Source: Chromera velia
Taxonomy: Eukaryota
Assembly: GCA_018398765.1 (NCBI GenBank)
Contig: JAHBMJ010000522.1
Location: forward strand, 1-46,153
DNA: 46,153 nucleotides
Direction of reading: 5' to 3'
In this document: piece by piece, positions 25,920-38,096 of the stretch
Numbering within the stretch: the stretch's first letter is position 1
How the letters are laid out: the number at the start of each line of letters is the position of its first letter
Made by a program: the position numbers and the translations under genes
Notes under the pieces: generated by a model
Told to the model about the DNA's origin: nothing
Databases searched by the model: none
The model's input: the letters and a program-made list of their open reading frames with translations, nothing else

Positions 25920-27301
25920 CCGAGATGTTCTTTTCTTGATTCCCTTTTTGTGTATGACATGCTGTCTCTGTGGAGGAGTGCTGCTTGACCCTATGTTGAA
26001 AACTTTTTTGTTTCGTTTCTTCTGCTGTCTCCTTCTCCTTCAGCTTCTCCAGTGTTAATTGGAGGCGCCCCCTCTTCGTGTGTGTGTGTGTGTGTGGTGT
26101 TTTCTATTCTCGTCTTTTGGATATATGTCTGCGTATCACTTCGCTCAATCTTTTTTCCTCTCTTTTCCCGTCTCTCTCTGTGCAGAGTTTGAGGTTCTTC
26201 TGCAGTCAGACTCTCTTTTCCACTGGAAGGTCAACGTCCTCCCCGAGGCCCTCGACGAGGACGGCAGACTCCGGAAGGAAATCATTGACAGGTTCTCCAT
26301 GCCTCAAGAGGTGGGTCTGTAGAGCTGGGGGGCTGGATGAGACTTCGTAGCGATAGAACAGGGAAATAAGGACTTTCCTCCTATGTCCTTTTATCTTCTC
26401 TCGCTTCCTGACTTTTTGCTCTTGCTGCTTTTGTCATTATCTGTTCCTATTCTGAAGAACGGAGCGGGACGAAACAGGATGGATTTCAGATGTGGCATGA
26501 TGAGTTTGTTTGGAGACAGATGGGCAGACGATCCAGGTGGAAATTAGGTGAAATATATGTGACTTGTGAATATTTTCTGTTCATTTTTTATTCGATCCCT
26601 CTCTCTTCTTCGCATGATCGATGCATGCAGACCTACTACCTCCTGGAGTTGGACGTGAAGTTTCCATTGGACTTCCCGGCCTCTCCCCCCTTCATGAGAG
26701 TGGTGCGGCCTCGGTTTCAGTTCCTCACTGGTCAGTCAGTGAGACAGACAGCAAGACAGATTTGGGGAGACAGGAAGGAGATGAACCAGTCACTCCGTCA
26801 GCAATACAGGCAAGAGAGCACTCAGGCTGGTCTATGAGGATTTTCCCCAGCCTTTCCTCTGGATGGATGGATGGATGGATGGATGGGTGGGTGGGTGGAT
26901 GGATGGATGGGCGGGTGGATGGAGGCATGGGGTGGGAGACCTGCTGTGGAGAGGGGGGAAAGCAGCACAAACAAATGCGATGTATTCGAGTGTTTCTTCA
27001 TACCCTGTGTGCCTGCTCGTTTATCCACCTGTCTTTTCCCTTCCTTCCGTTTCCGTTCCTGTCTCCGTCTTCCCATGCAGGCCACGTCACCCGTGGAGGG
27101 ACCCTCTGCACCCCTATTCTGACTAGTAGTGGGTGGAACCCCTCCTACACGATCGAGGGCGTGTTGGTGCAGTTGCTCTCCCAGTTGGAGGAGGGGGGGG
27201 GGAAGTTAGATCGAGATAGGCCGGAGGTCCCGTACACAGAGCAGGAGGCCAAGGAGGCCTTCCAGAGGGTAGCTGCGAGGTATGGATGGAAGATTAAGTA
27301 G
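19052..27301 (+). CDS. PARP6/8-like mono-ADP-ribosyltransferase fused to a C-terminal UBE2Q-like ubiquitin-conjugating (E2) domain
   Basis: Exons incl. 19758-21492, 21982-22072, 22376-22434, 22651-22781, 23022-23155, 23478-~23593, 24015-24058, 24384-25833, 26186-26310, 26631-26730, 27081-27301. Spliced motifs: CVIC..PC..PHC Zn-site; [39 protein letters not shown]2 [19 protein letters not shown]...[26 protein letters not shown]. Structure 5' of 19758 is uncertain. Confidence 0.85.
21472..21585. mobile_element. Fold-back micro-insertion with 32-bp direct repeats spanning an exon end and donor
   Basis: cgaacgcgaaggaacatgagggt(a/t)ggttggtg at 21472-21503 and 21554-21585; perfect 14-bp arms atgcatttattctc/gagaataaatgcat; internal ctgtatgaaa. 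Confidence 0.6.
23812..24011. repeat. (TG)n microsatellite ending at a splice acceptor
   Basis: Directly visible. Confidence 0.95.
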
Positions 27302-28019
27302 GGAGATGGGGGGGTATGGATGAGCGAGAGGGGGGTGGAGCATCGGTGTGGATCGGCCCCAGTCTCAAGAGCCAGGCTGGGGGGGAGGGGGGTGGAAGGG
27401 ACAGAGAGTGCGAGGTGGAGGGAATGCGTCATTCATGTTAAGTCGCTTTTGTGGATTGAATGCGATGCATCTATCCGACTGCACATGGGCGTCTCCCCTG
27501 CAGTCAGTTTGGGTCCACACACTTGGCCTGAATGATGACGCACGCACCACTATCGATCAATGGAAATGCGGATGATCGGAAGGAACAAAGAGTTCGCTGG
27601 TTGGGTGGCTGGTCAATCGTCGCTTTGCCTGCCATTGTTTCGCTTCTCGTTTGGGAGACGTGCAGGCAGGCGGTTGTTGGGTGAGGGTGTTTGTTCATGT
27701 GTGAATGGGTGAGTGCCTTCATTCAAGGATCGCACTAAAGATGAGGAATGGAGAGTTGGGCACTCAGAACTCATGAAAGCCAGAATCTCAGGTGACATGA
27801 CGATTCGATCGGCTCTGTACAACTCGATGGAATTGCCGCATGCATCGACGGATGGCGGACTCGCAGGGCTGCTGGCAGAAGGTGGAAGAGTAAAAGAAAA
27901 GAAGAATGAAGAGCCTGCAGAAGCTGCGTAAGGATCCGACGAGATTCTGGTCAGGAAAACCGATGAAAACCGGCCTGGTCGGGGAAATGCATCAATTTAC
28001 TCATGAGTGGCATTGTTGC

Positions 28020-28866
28020 ATGAAAACATAAAGGGCAGTCTCAAATAGTCTCAAATACACATTACAATGGCTGCAATTATCAGTACAACGAAGTGCTGAT
28101 AGAGTCTTAAACTATATAAGTCTTAAACAGAAGGTTTCGCTTCAAACTATAAAGTTGCATATATACATTTGTAGAATTGCATGAGGAAACACTTTACAGG
28201 TAGCTATAGGCTAGTAGCTAGAATTTTTCTAAATTTCCTGCCAGGGTTTAATTATTTACACTATATTACTTAGCTAGGATTTTAGTCATTTTTAAGGATT
28301 TTTAGCTAATAATCGAGCGGACGGTTAAACGCTTGACAAGGATTTTAGATTTTTAAATTTGCTAAAAATCTGGGTAAAATATTGTAAAATCCGTTAGAAT
28401 TGATTGATTTGATTGATTGATTGATTGATATGTTCCGCCCTAGGGCCTTCCCGCTATGTCTATCTGTTGCCAGAGCTAGCAGGAATTAAATAGGTTAGCG
28501 TGGTATTTAATACTAACTTTTGATTTAGTTTTGAACTTGAATGATTATTAGACCAATTGAGTCTTGAATTGACACTATAGAATTGGTAACTGTGAATTCA
28601 GTATGATATGCTGATACTGTAAAAATTTTTGATTTTTAAAAAGAAAAAATCATATATTCATAACCTTGATTTTTACTTCAAGGTGGCCTTCACGCTGTCA
28701 CGTCATTTGATAAGTGGGGCCCAAGATCAGGCCTAAACTCGGATTTTCCCTGCCAGGGCTGTCTCTCAAGCACTGGACTCACTATTAAAAATTAACGAGT
28801 TAAAGTCAAGTTAAAGTCAAGTTAAAGTCATTGGGTGTTAACAAGTCAAAGTCAAGTTTATTGACT
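28020..28866. other. AT-rich intergenic island 2 with short internal repeats
   Basis: Lies between convergent genes; (AGTTAAAGTCA)x3 at 28798-28830, (TTGA)n at 28400-28429, repeated ggattttag and cctgccaggg. Confidence 0.7.
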
Positions 28867-28937
28867 GCACGCGTTACTTCAGCATTTCACTGCCAGTAAC
28901 ATTCCTTGGCCTTTGATTCTTTTGGGTTTCAGGTTTT

Positions 28938-30772
28938 CTACTCACTGGTGTAAAATGGTCCAGGATAGAAATACATGTCATCATCGTCCTCTTCTTCTTC
29001 TTCCTCCTCCTCTTGATTGTCTTCCTCATCTTTAGGCATCTTCTCGCCCTGAATGTTGGGGTAGTCGGCAATTGCCGCCACCAAAGCGTTGCGCACCTGC
29101 ATGCTTGCACGTACGCTTTGATGCTTTGAGACCAAATAAAAAAACTGCATGCAGGGTTCTCATGCACTCGTGCATGTTTGCCCAGGAAAAGCAATCCAGG
29201 AGGGGTGAATGAAACGAACAAAATCAGATGGCAAGAGTAAAAAAAAAACACACACACACAATGATGTTGGTCTAGTACTGATAGAGAGGTCAAACGTTTC
29301 TAGCTGCAGTCGAATCACACAGAACGTCGTCAGTCAGGGTACATTAAAAAAAAAGAGCATGTTGAGTGAGGGCAAACGAAGAGACCAGTGCAAAAGGAAA
29401 TTCTGCTAGATATACCACGCATCGCCACGCATGAAAGTGTGTGCATCCAGAGAAAGATACAAATGCGGATAGACAGGCAGACGAGACACTATGTCACTAT
29501 GTGTCCATCATTAGAAAGCCGATTCTTTGATCAGGTCAACGCGAAGGTAGCGAGGATCATTATTGCCAGAACCGTTGATATGTCATAATGTCTTTCGATA
29601 TGCAAAACACGGGTATGAAGAGAATGTTACCGGAATAACTCCTCAACTGCATGGGTCTGTGAGCAACTTGAAAGCTCATTTTCAGATCGGTCTCCTTGCC
29701 CCTCAACCAAAGGAGCACACACGAACACTTATCAATGTATCAGCGCACTGTATGGACCATCCGACCAACTTGACCTGACCACTTCCTTATATTCAGGAAG
29801 AATGACAAACTCAGTCACCTCCACCTGCAGCCTGTCGAGCATCTCCGCAGAGAGACCCCATAGAAGCCCCAGAAGCCTCCCCACACCCTCAAAGATCACA
29901 TAACTGCAAGGACGCAAGTTCAGTGGCCACGGAATACGTATAGCAATCATGATGTACCAATCAGTTACTCGACTCTCTCTCTTTCATCTGTGTTGTAGAC
30001 TCGTGTATGCCCCATTCTGTCTTATCGAATTGCAGAATCTCAGGACACCTTGAAGTCTCTTGCGTCTCACGATGAGATTAGGATGCATGGTGCTTCGACT
30101 AGCCCAAACGTACACTTCAGGTCTGGAATGGAAGAGAAGATCAAAAGGGTAAGTGATGTTCGAAATCGATGACGGGTTGTCGGATGAATGCCCCTATGAA
30201 TGCATTTGATTTGCTTGACTCAGGCAGAGGGGACAGGATTGTCTGACTGACTGACTGACTCGTGCCCGTTGATTGGAGGGTCTACCCGGACCGCGTGGAA
30301 ACCGGTGACAGACCTGATCAGGAAAAGAGAAACAGAATCTTGCAGGCTCATGATACTAATTGCAATTTTCATTACACTTCTCGCTTGCGGTGTGCTCACG
30401 TCAATTTCTTCTGGGAAGAAACACGATAGGAAGATGGGAAAGAAAGGGAAAAAACCAGTAAATCAGAAAACGAGACAGAGTCTGCCGGGTAGAGTGAGAG
30501 AAGAGAAAGAAAACGAAGAAGAAGAAGAAGAAGGAGCGAAGGAAGGAAGGAAGAAAGAGAGAGAGAAAGAAGGAACGGAAGGAAGAAAGAAAGAAAGAAA
30601 GAAAGAGAGGAAGGAAGGAAGGAAGGAAGGAAGAAAGGAAGGAAGGAAGAAAGAAAGGAAGGAAGGAAGGAAGAAAGGAAGGAAGGAAGGAAGGAAGACA
30701 GAAAGAAAGAAAGAAAGAAAGAAAGGAAGGAAGGAAGGAAGGAAGGAAGGAAGAAAGAAAGAAAGAAAGGAA

Positions 30773-30804
<32 letters not shown>

Positions 30805-30819
30805 AACATAACGAAAGAT

Positions 30820-30850
<31 letters not shown>

Positions 30851-31878
30851 AAAAGTACAAGAGAAAAAAAAAAACAAAGAGACGACCGAAGGAGGAAAGG
30901 AGGGAGGGAAAGAAGGATGGAAGGAAGGGAGAATGTGTGTGTGTGTGTGAGAGAGCCAGCAAGCAAGAATGAAAGAAAGAAAGAGAAAAAAACAGCGGAG
31001 CGCACACGAACCAGAAGGACTTGAGTCTCTTGTCCTCCTCCAAGATTTTGTACGTCAATTTAGCGTCCGCCAAGGCCCCCTCAGCCACAGCAGTTCTCAT
31101 CTCCTCGGCCCTTTTCTTGGACTTCAGCAGTGCGGTATCTCTCTGGACCTGCAGTGACGCACGCGTTCAGTCAGTCATGAGATGGGCATTCAGGAATTCA
31201 ATACAGGCATTGTCTACGGACATCGTGTATCGGCGGAATGTCCCTGAAGGGCACCATGATATTAATATATATTCCTCTTGGAAAAGGCGCGCTGTCTGTA
31301 CGTGCACATACATGTCAATATGCTTGTATGTATGTATATGTATGCGTACGTATGTAGCTGACTTGATGTACTGGCTGAATATCCCTGAAGGGTACCATGA
31401 TGTTCCTCTCTTTCTCCGCTGAGCTGTGCACCACCTTTACCGCCGCAGCTAGGCGGTAGTTGATACCCGGATTCGCTACGATTGATGTCACATTGCTGAT
31501 CTTCCCAAGAGCATACGAGACGTACTTGCCGGCGTCAGTGGGCAAAACGCAATTGAGCCAACCTTTGACATTCTCGTAGCAACTCTCGCACACCCTTGGA
31601 CACGCGGCGACGGGACCCGGTGCTTCGTTACTCGCGCCCCCTTGGACACGCTTGGACAGCGTGCCGACTGTGCCCCCTTGCGGCCATGCCCAGCCCGCTT
31701 CCGACTCTTCCTGCTGATGAAAACTCAATGGGGGGGCATGGGTCTCAATGCCCTCCTTTAGGCCAGGCGAATGGATTGCTTCTGCATTTGGGACTGTGAC
31801 TGTTGGTCTGAGCAGCAGGGCTGAGTGAACTCCAGCCACGCTGCAAGCGGCCAGAACGAATGTTGCAGACCTTCTCAT
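28938..31878 (-). CDS. Signal-peptide protein, paralog A (~329 aa), putative ParB/sulfiredoxin-like domain, acidic tail
   Basis: Exons 31878-31363, 31148-31012, 30313-30260, 29903-29780, 29096-28938 join in frame; internal exon sizes 137/54/124 equal those of paralog B. Product call rests on motif pattern only. Confidence 0.85.
30515..30850. repeat. (GAAA)n/(GGAA)n compound microsatellite, intronic
   Basis: Directly visible. Confidence 0.95.
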
Positions 31879-32204
31879 TATGATCTGAGAAGGCAATTTG
31901 TGTCTTCTTTTTTCTTTGCAGAAAGATTGGGTGGTATTTGATGGACTTCCGTGACACAATGAAGCGATGAACTAAAGGAGACGGGAAGCAAAGATAAATA
32001 TATAGAACCGCGATACAGGAACTGCGACGTTGAGGAGGCTCCTTAGCCCTTATTGTGGAAATGACGAAGTGAAAGGGACCCGATGCACGTGATCGATCAC
32101 TGCTGTTGGCTTTCTGGAGAGTGCGGGAGGTTCTCAAAAGGCACACAAACAATGACGCTCTTCGATCCGGCCGGCCTGCAATGATGGATCCAACGACGGG
32201 CAAC

Positions 32205-32380
32205 ATCCATGCATGCATGCAAAATCCTTTTTTTTTTTTTTGGTTCTCAGTATGCTGAAAAATAGATTTATTTTTTTTAAAGAAAAAATTAAAAAGAAAT
32301 GCATGCCTCGATCGTGCCTGCATGCGTGCGTGCACGACTGAGTCGTCCGACGAGCCAATTAATTAAGGCATGCATGGATT
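32205..32380. promoter_or_regulatory. Putative bidirectional promoter core of the A/B paralog pair
   Basis: Several (T)GCATGC(A) copies flanking poly-T/poly-A tracts, midway between ATGs 31878 and 32676. Confidence 0.5.
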
Positions 32381-32675
32381 TGTGAGTGTAAAAGCGTTTG
32401 TTGCATGTACGTCGTCGTACGAAACCAAGCGGCAAGCAAGTGATCATCAATTGCTGTCACTGGGTCCCTGATCAGCACTGTTCCCACGAGACGGCTTGAG
32501 CTTCTTCTTCCACGTCCACTCGTACTTTGCATGCCAACATCGTTGTCAGAGTGCCATTGCTTATATACTTGCCGTCTCCCTCATCAATTGTCTTGACTCA
32601 TCGCTTCGTTGAGGCAACAAAGTCGATCAAGTGCCACATTCTGCTCCAAGAATATCAATTATTTCTCTCTGCCCC

Positions 32676-35375
32676 ATGAGAAGATCAACAGCACTCATTC
32701 TGGCGGCTTGCAGTGTGGCTGGAGTTCACTCAGCCTTGTTGCACACAGAAACAGCAACAGCGACGAAGCCGATCTCTCAGCCTGACCTGAATGACGGCAG
32801 CGATGCGTACCCGTCTGCTGTGAGTTTCTATCAGCAGGAGGAGTCAGAAGTGGGCAGACCACCGCGTCGTGCCCGCACAGCAAAAGGCAGAGAAAAGGTC
32901 CCCTTTACCTGCCCACACCAGTGCGAAAGGTGTTGCAAAGAGGATTCAAAGGTCTACAAATGTGTGCTGAAGGATCACCGCGACCTTCCGAAGCAGAAGT
33001 GCTCATTACCTTACTACAGAGACAACGGAGAGGCTGGGGAGATTGAAACACAGTGCGAGGTCCCTCGTTGGATGGATTTGAAGAAAGTGATGGCATGCGT
33101 TTTGCCTTCAGATGCGGACAAATGGATCTCCTACGGCCTCGATAAGATCTCCAACCTGACTGATATTGCCATGAACCCAGGGGCCAATTTCAATTTGATC
33201 AGGGCAAATTCTCTTGTGCAGACTTCGAAGGTGTCCGAGAGGAACATCATGGTGCCCTTCAGGAACCTTCAGCCAATACATCAAGTCAATCATGTACATG
33301 AGTTATTGGAGAGAATATTTGCATCCCTATCTATGTTCTTTCATCACTCTCTCTATGTTGATCTTTTTCCCGTCTTTGCGACATCGGTCACACACGCATC
33401 TCTTTACTGAAAAAAAAAGAGATAAGTGAAGGAGTCTGTTAGGAAAAGCAAGAGGAAAGGAGAAATCCTTTCAAAAGTAACAAAGAGTGAGGGCCAGTCC
33501 CGCTTCTTTGATGTCCCTTTCCTCCTCTTTTGGACAAATTGATGCTCAGTATTTAAGGAATACAATGGCTTCGATTCCCTCTGACAGAGTGCGGTTCATT
33601 TCGGCACCTGGGTATTCATTTGAAAATAAAAAAACCTGCACGCCGTCGTGTTGATGGTCTGGCCCAATGTTGATTTTGTGGTTTCAATCTCAGCTTCCGA
33701 CTTGACTTCCTTGCGTGTGAGCAGGTTGACAGGGAGAACGCATTGTTAAAGTCAAAGAAGAGGGCAAAGGAAATCCGAACGGCCGTCCAAGATGGTGCAT
33801 TGGCGGACTTCCAACTGACCTATCAAATCTTGGAGGAGGACGAGAGACTCAAGTCTTTCTGGTTCGTGACACAGTGCGCTCCTCTCCTTCTCTCTCTCTT
33901 TCTTCCTTGCTTACTCGCTTCTTTGCTTTTTGCCTTTCTGTCTGTCTGCCTCCTTTTAGTCAAGTAGGAGAGAGGGAGGAAGAAAGCAACCAATGTTTTG
34001 CCTACCTTTTCTCCTGCCTGCTTCTCCTCTCCCTTTCCTTTCTTTCGTTCGTGGTTTATTTTTCTCTCCCTCAATTCATTGTTCAATTTCTACCTAACGC
34101 CGATCGTCTCTCGATTCTTCCCTGCTCTTCCTCGCTCAACAAAAAGACACACAATTGTAAAGTCAAGTGAATGTGTCTGTTGCCGTTTGACACACAGCTC
34201 GCTTCCTCCACAGGGAGGGCGGTCGATACTTTCTCCCTCCCTCCCTGTACGCACCGGCCTTGAAGAAAGCCGATGTCATTCATTGACACACAGAATTGTC
34301 ATAACGAGCATGATCCTCGTGCAACTTCCGTTTCTTTGTCCTCTTTTTGCTTACAGGTCCGTCACCGGTTTCCACGCTGTGCGCGTGGACCCTCCAATCA
34401 ACGGGCACGAGTCAGTCAGTCAGTCAGTCAGTCAGTCAATTTCCTCTCTGAACCGACATGAAGGGGCATAAACTGCTTCAAAGTAGCTTGACTGATTCGT
34501 ATGCGGAATGGCCAAACAACGGGGATGAATCAGTCAGTACCCTCCCAAGTCGATCAGCGAGCGCACGCAGACGCCAATCAGACTCAGTGAGTTCAGCTCT
34601 GTGACGCTTATTGATTGCTTATCCATAGATTAACCCCTCTGCTCATTCACCTTGCATGCGCCTTTGATTTAATTCCCGTCGGAGTGAACACGTGCTTCCT
34701 TCCATGCGAGGTGCACTGCATGATCCGAATGAAACAAAATTACTTGCATGAACCTCGAGGCAACCATCAATTCAGTGACTAAAGAAAAGAGCCGAAAGAT
34801 ACGTACACCGCGTTGTTCACTATGGGGGGAGGGAAATCGATCTTATGAAAAGAGAAAGTGAGATCTATGTGATTTGTCTCATGCCCGTTTGTTTGTTTAA
34901 TTGTCTGAATGGACGTGCAGATACGTCGTGTTTGAGGGTGTCGGGAGACTTCTGGGTCTTCGCTGGGGTCTCTCCGATGAATTTCTAGACAAACTCCAGG
35001 TGGAAGTGACTGAGTTTGTCCTCATTCCGAAAGCAAGGGAGAAGGTCAGCTTGTATGAGTTGGTCAGAACAACAGACGGATCATGCTTGTGCGTGCAACA
35101 GCCTTCCACTCTACCGAAGAACAGTTGCATGCAGTCACCCGGCTTTACAGTCTTTTCTGTCGGGCCATGCAGTCTCGCTCACACCACTTTCGGTCTTGTT
35201 TTCAGTATCCATCCCGGCCTGACTGACCTCACTTCTGGAAAGCCGAGCGCCAGTCTAAAGGCAGGATGAGAGCATGCCCGAGTGCTTGCAGGTGCGCAAG
35301 GCGTTGCTGAAGGCCATGTCATATCACCCAAATATTCTGAAGGAGGCGATCCCGGAAGAAAAATCACCAAAGTGA
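32676..35375 (+). CDS. Signal-peptide protein, paralog B (~335 aa), putative ParB/sulfiredoxin-like domain
   Basis: Exons 32676-33284, 33725-33861, 34357-34410, 34921-35044, 35292-35375; starts MRRSTALILAACSVAGVHSALL; collinear with paralog A. Confidence 0.85.
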
Positions 35376-35649
35376 CGCACGCAATCAGCCCAACCGTCGC
35401 AAAGGAATCTTGAAGTCCAGTGGACTGTTGTCATAAAAATGGGACACTCTCAGAAGAAGGGGTGGACTCCGGGCTCGGGGGATTGTCCGAATTCCACGGA
35501 TCTTGGACTACAATTTCGTTAATTAATTTGCCGAATTCCTCAGCAGGTCTAACGGGCCCGAGTCAGCCAACGTCAAACACTGAGAGGGGATTATGGGACG
35601 TGTTACAACACACGGCTTCAGTGGATTGCTTTTTTTTTGTGTCTTTTTT

Positions 35650-36110
35650 TTAATTGTTTTTTAAAGTTGAGAAGGAAAGGCTAAAGAAGAGGCCGTGCTT
35701 TCATAAACTGAGGTTGGTTCAAGTGGTGTTGCCCAGAAGTAACCACGTCTAGTAAAGCTGTACTAAAACAGCACTTTCATATGATTGAATACAAACTCTC
35801 ATAACCGTAACTTTAATGCAATAATAATTTGAAGGACCGTTTTTTATTTGATACATTGTCAAATTATAATTGTAAGTGAATAAAAAATTATAACTGACGA
35901 TGTTATTTTTTCAAAACGTTCGAATGTGTTCATAATTCAAGTTTGTGGGGCATCTAGTCATAATATTATAAAATTTGGAGTGTATAAAACATATTTCAAT
36001 TTATTGGCTCCTATATAATTAGATTAACATTTCAATAAACACATAAAATTTAGCAAATAGTTTTAAGTTTTGTTTTAAGTAAATTGATACTACCGCATAA
36101 CCTTCATCCA
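35650..36110. other. AT-rich intergenic island 3
   Basis: AT-rich block between convergent genes; AACCGTAACTTT at 35803-35814. Confidence 0.7.
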
Positions 36111-38096
36111 GACTCTCTGCCAAACCTAGTATAAGTGTACATCTGGTTCATCATGATCATCATCATACGCCATCATCGTCTACCTAGACTAGTGGCCCAC
36201 CCTTCGAGGCTTCCAACGTTTAGCAAGAAACAAGCTCGGCAGCCCTCCTCCAAAAACACGGTAAATGCCCCCCAGCAGCTCAAAAGGGGCTTTGCTTGAA
36301 CTATGAGAAAAGGTCGGCTTTTAATGCTGGTCTGTAGGATTAAAAGGTAACCGGGGGAAGCCAAGCTACCCGCCTTCTTCTATCCCATCTCTCTCTTTTT
36401 CTCTTTTTCTTTATTTTCCGAGTCTTTGCTTTTCCCCGACTGATGTTCGTATACTGGCAATTTATTACTGGGAAACCCACGCCATCACAGCCGTCCTGAA
36501 GTGCTTCATCTGGTTCATGGTTAAAGTTAATATTAAACACTTTAATAGCATTGAACAGACAGTAAAAACTCACATAATTACCTTAACATAATTGAGTGAT
36601 TATGAAGTTATAGTTGGGAAGAGTAAGAGAGCTTTGCTGAGCTGTGCATAGGCTCTCTCTGCTTTCCATCCACCCTTTCTAAGTAATTCTTTTATGTGAC
36701 TTGGAATCCACTCAGCTGGACAGACGCTCAGGCGCCGCGGTCTAAGGGTTTTCTGGAGTTTTGTTTTTTTGTTTGGGCTCCGCCGATCAACAGGCGAGGA
36801 AAAAACAGAAACATATTAATTACGAAACGCATAAATTTGTTGCAGATTGCATGTGCATGTGTCCAAGGCAACAGCAGGGGGCCACGACGAATGTATGCAA
36901 ACAAAAGTCGGCAAATAGAGGAGGAGGCCAACAGAGGTCAAAAGAGGAGACACGCGTCCTCTTCATAAAGAGATGTCACCTTCTGTCTTGATTCATTGAC
37001 TTCATGGATGCACAGGGCTGAAGACTCTGCGAGGTATGCGCCTATATCAGCGAAGCATAAGCGTCTCGGAGAGAAATCTTTCCTTTCTTCATACATTCCT
37101 TCACCTCTTCTTCCCTTCCTTCCTATCTTTCTTTCTTTCTTCCTTCTCTCCCCGACCCCCCCCCCNTCTCTCTCTCTGAGTCAATGCTTTAAACAACTTT
37201 TCATCTCTCTTTATACCGGCATGCGTGTCATTCAAACTTTGGGTTGCGTGACCGTCCTCTGTTTAAATTAAGACACACAGACCATGTAAACACATTTCCC
37301 CCCCAAAAATCAAACACTCAGACCGCCACAAATTTGTGCATCAGGTCGGTCCAGAAAGACATGATCTCTCTCACCCTTTTCCCCTGCCCACTGCCTTTCT
37401 TCTCCCCATTCCAATTCTGGAAGTTGCATTCAGTCATACACAAGTTCACCCCCACCCTTGTCCCTCACCAGCCACTCTCGTGTTCCGCCGCCACTGCGCC
37501 TTGGAATACACCCATGTGCCGCCGCTGCAACCGCTCCCCCACTGACCGCTCCATATGCGCCCCTCTTCTCTCACGTGAATTAGCCTCCCTGAGCCAGCCA
37601 AGCCGGACTCTGCCTGCTCAATTGCTGCAAAGTCGTGACTATCGTCCTTACGGTAGTGCTTCTTTATCAATTGTTCCTTTGCTCACTGCCTCTTTACTCA
37701 ATCACTTAGTCATTCAATCACTCACTCACTCTCTCACTTACCCACTCACTCACTCAATCAATGAGGCATTTGACGGGCAAGTCCCCCCTTTCCTCCTTTA
37801 CGCATCCAACTGCGTGTCTGAATTCTACTCTCCTTCCCTCCCACCCCCCTATTTCACACTTCGAAAAACAGGAACAGATACTCTCTGACTGTTTCAAAGG
37901 TTCCAAACAAGTTCAAAGGAAAGCAAAGCAGAGCAGCAAGAAGTGCAATTTTCTTGTACTTTTCTGCCTTCGATTGAATTTCGCGCAACAGTCTGAGACA
38001 ACTTCAATTCCACTGCTTCCTTCCGCATTTTCGTTTCTCCCAACCCCCACCCACCCAAACATTTTCAATCAGACTAGATGGAATGATCACCACCAG

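Noticed and set aside
37446..37680. Possible orphan exon (IKKHYRKDDSHDFAAIE...)
   Set aside because: No recognisable domain and no supportable exon chain
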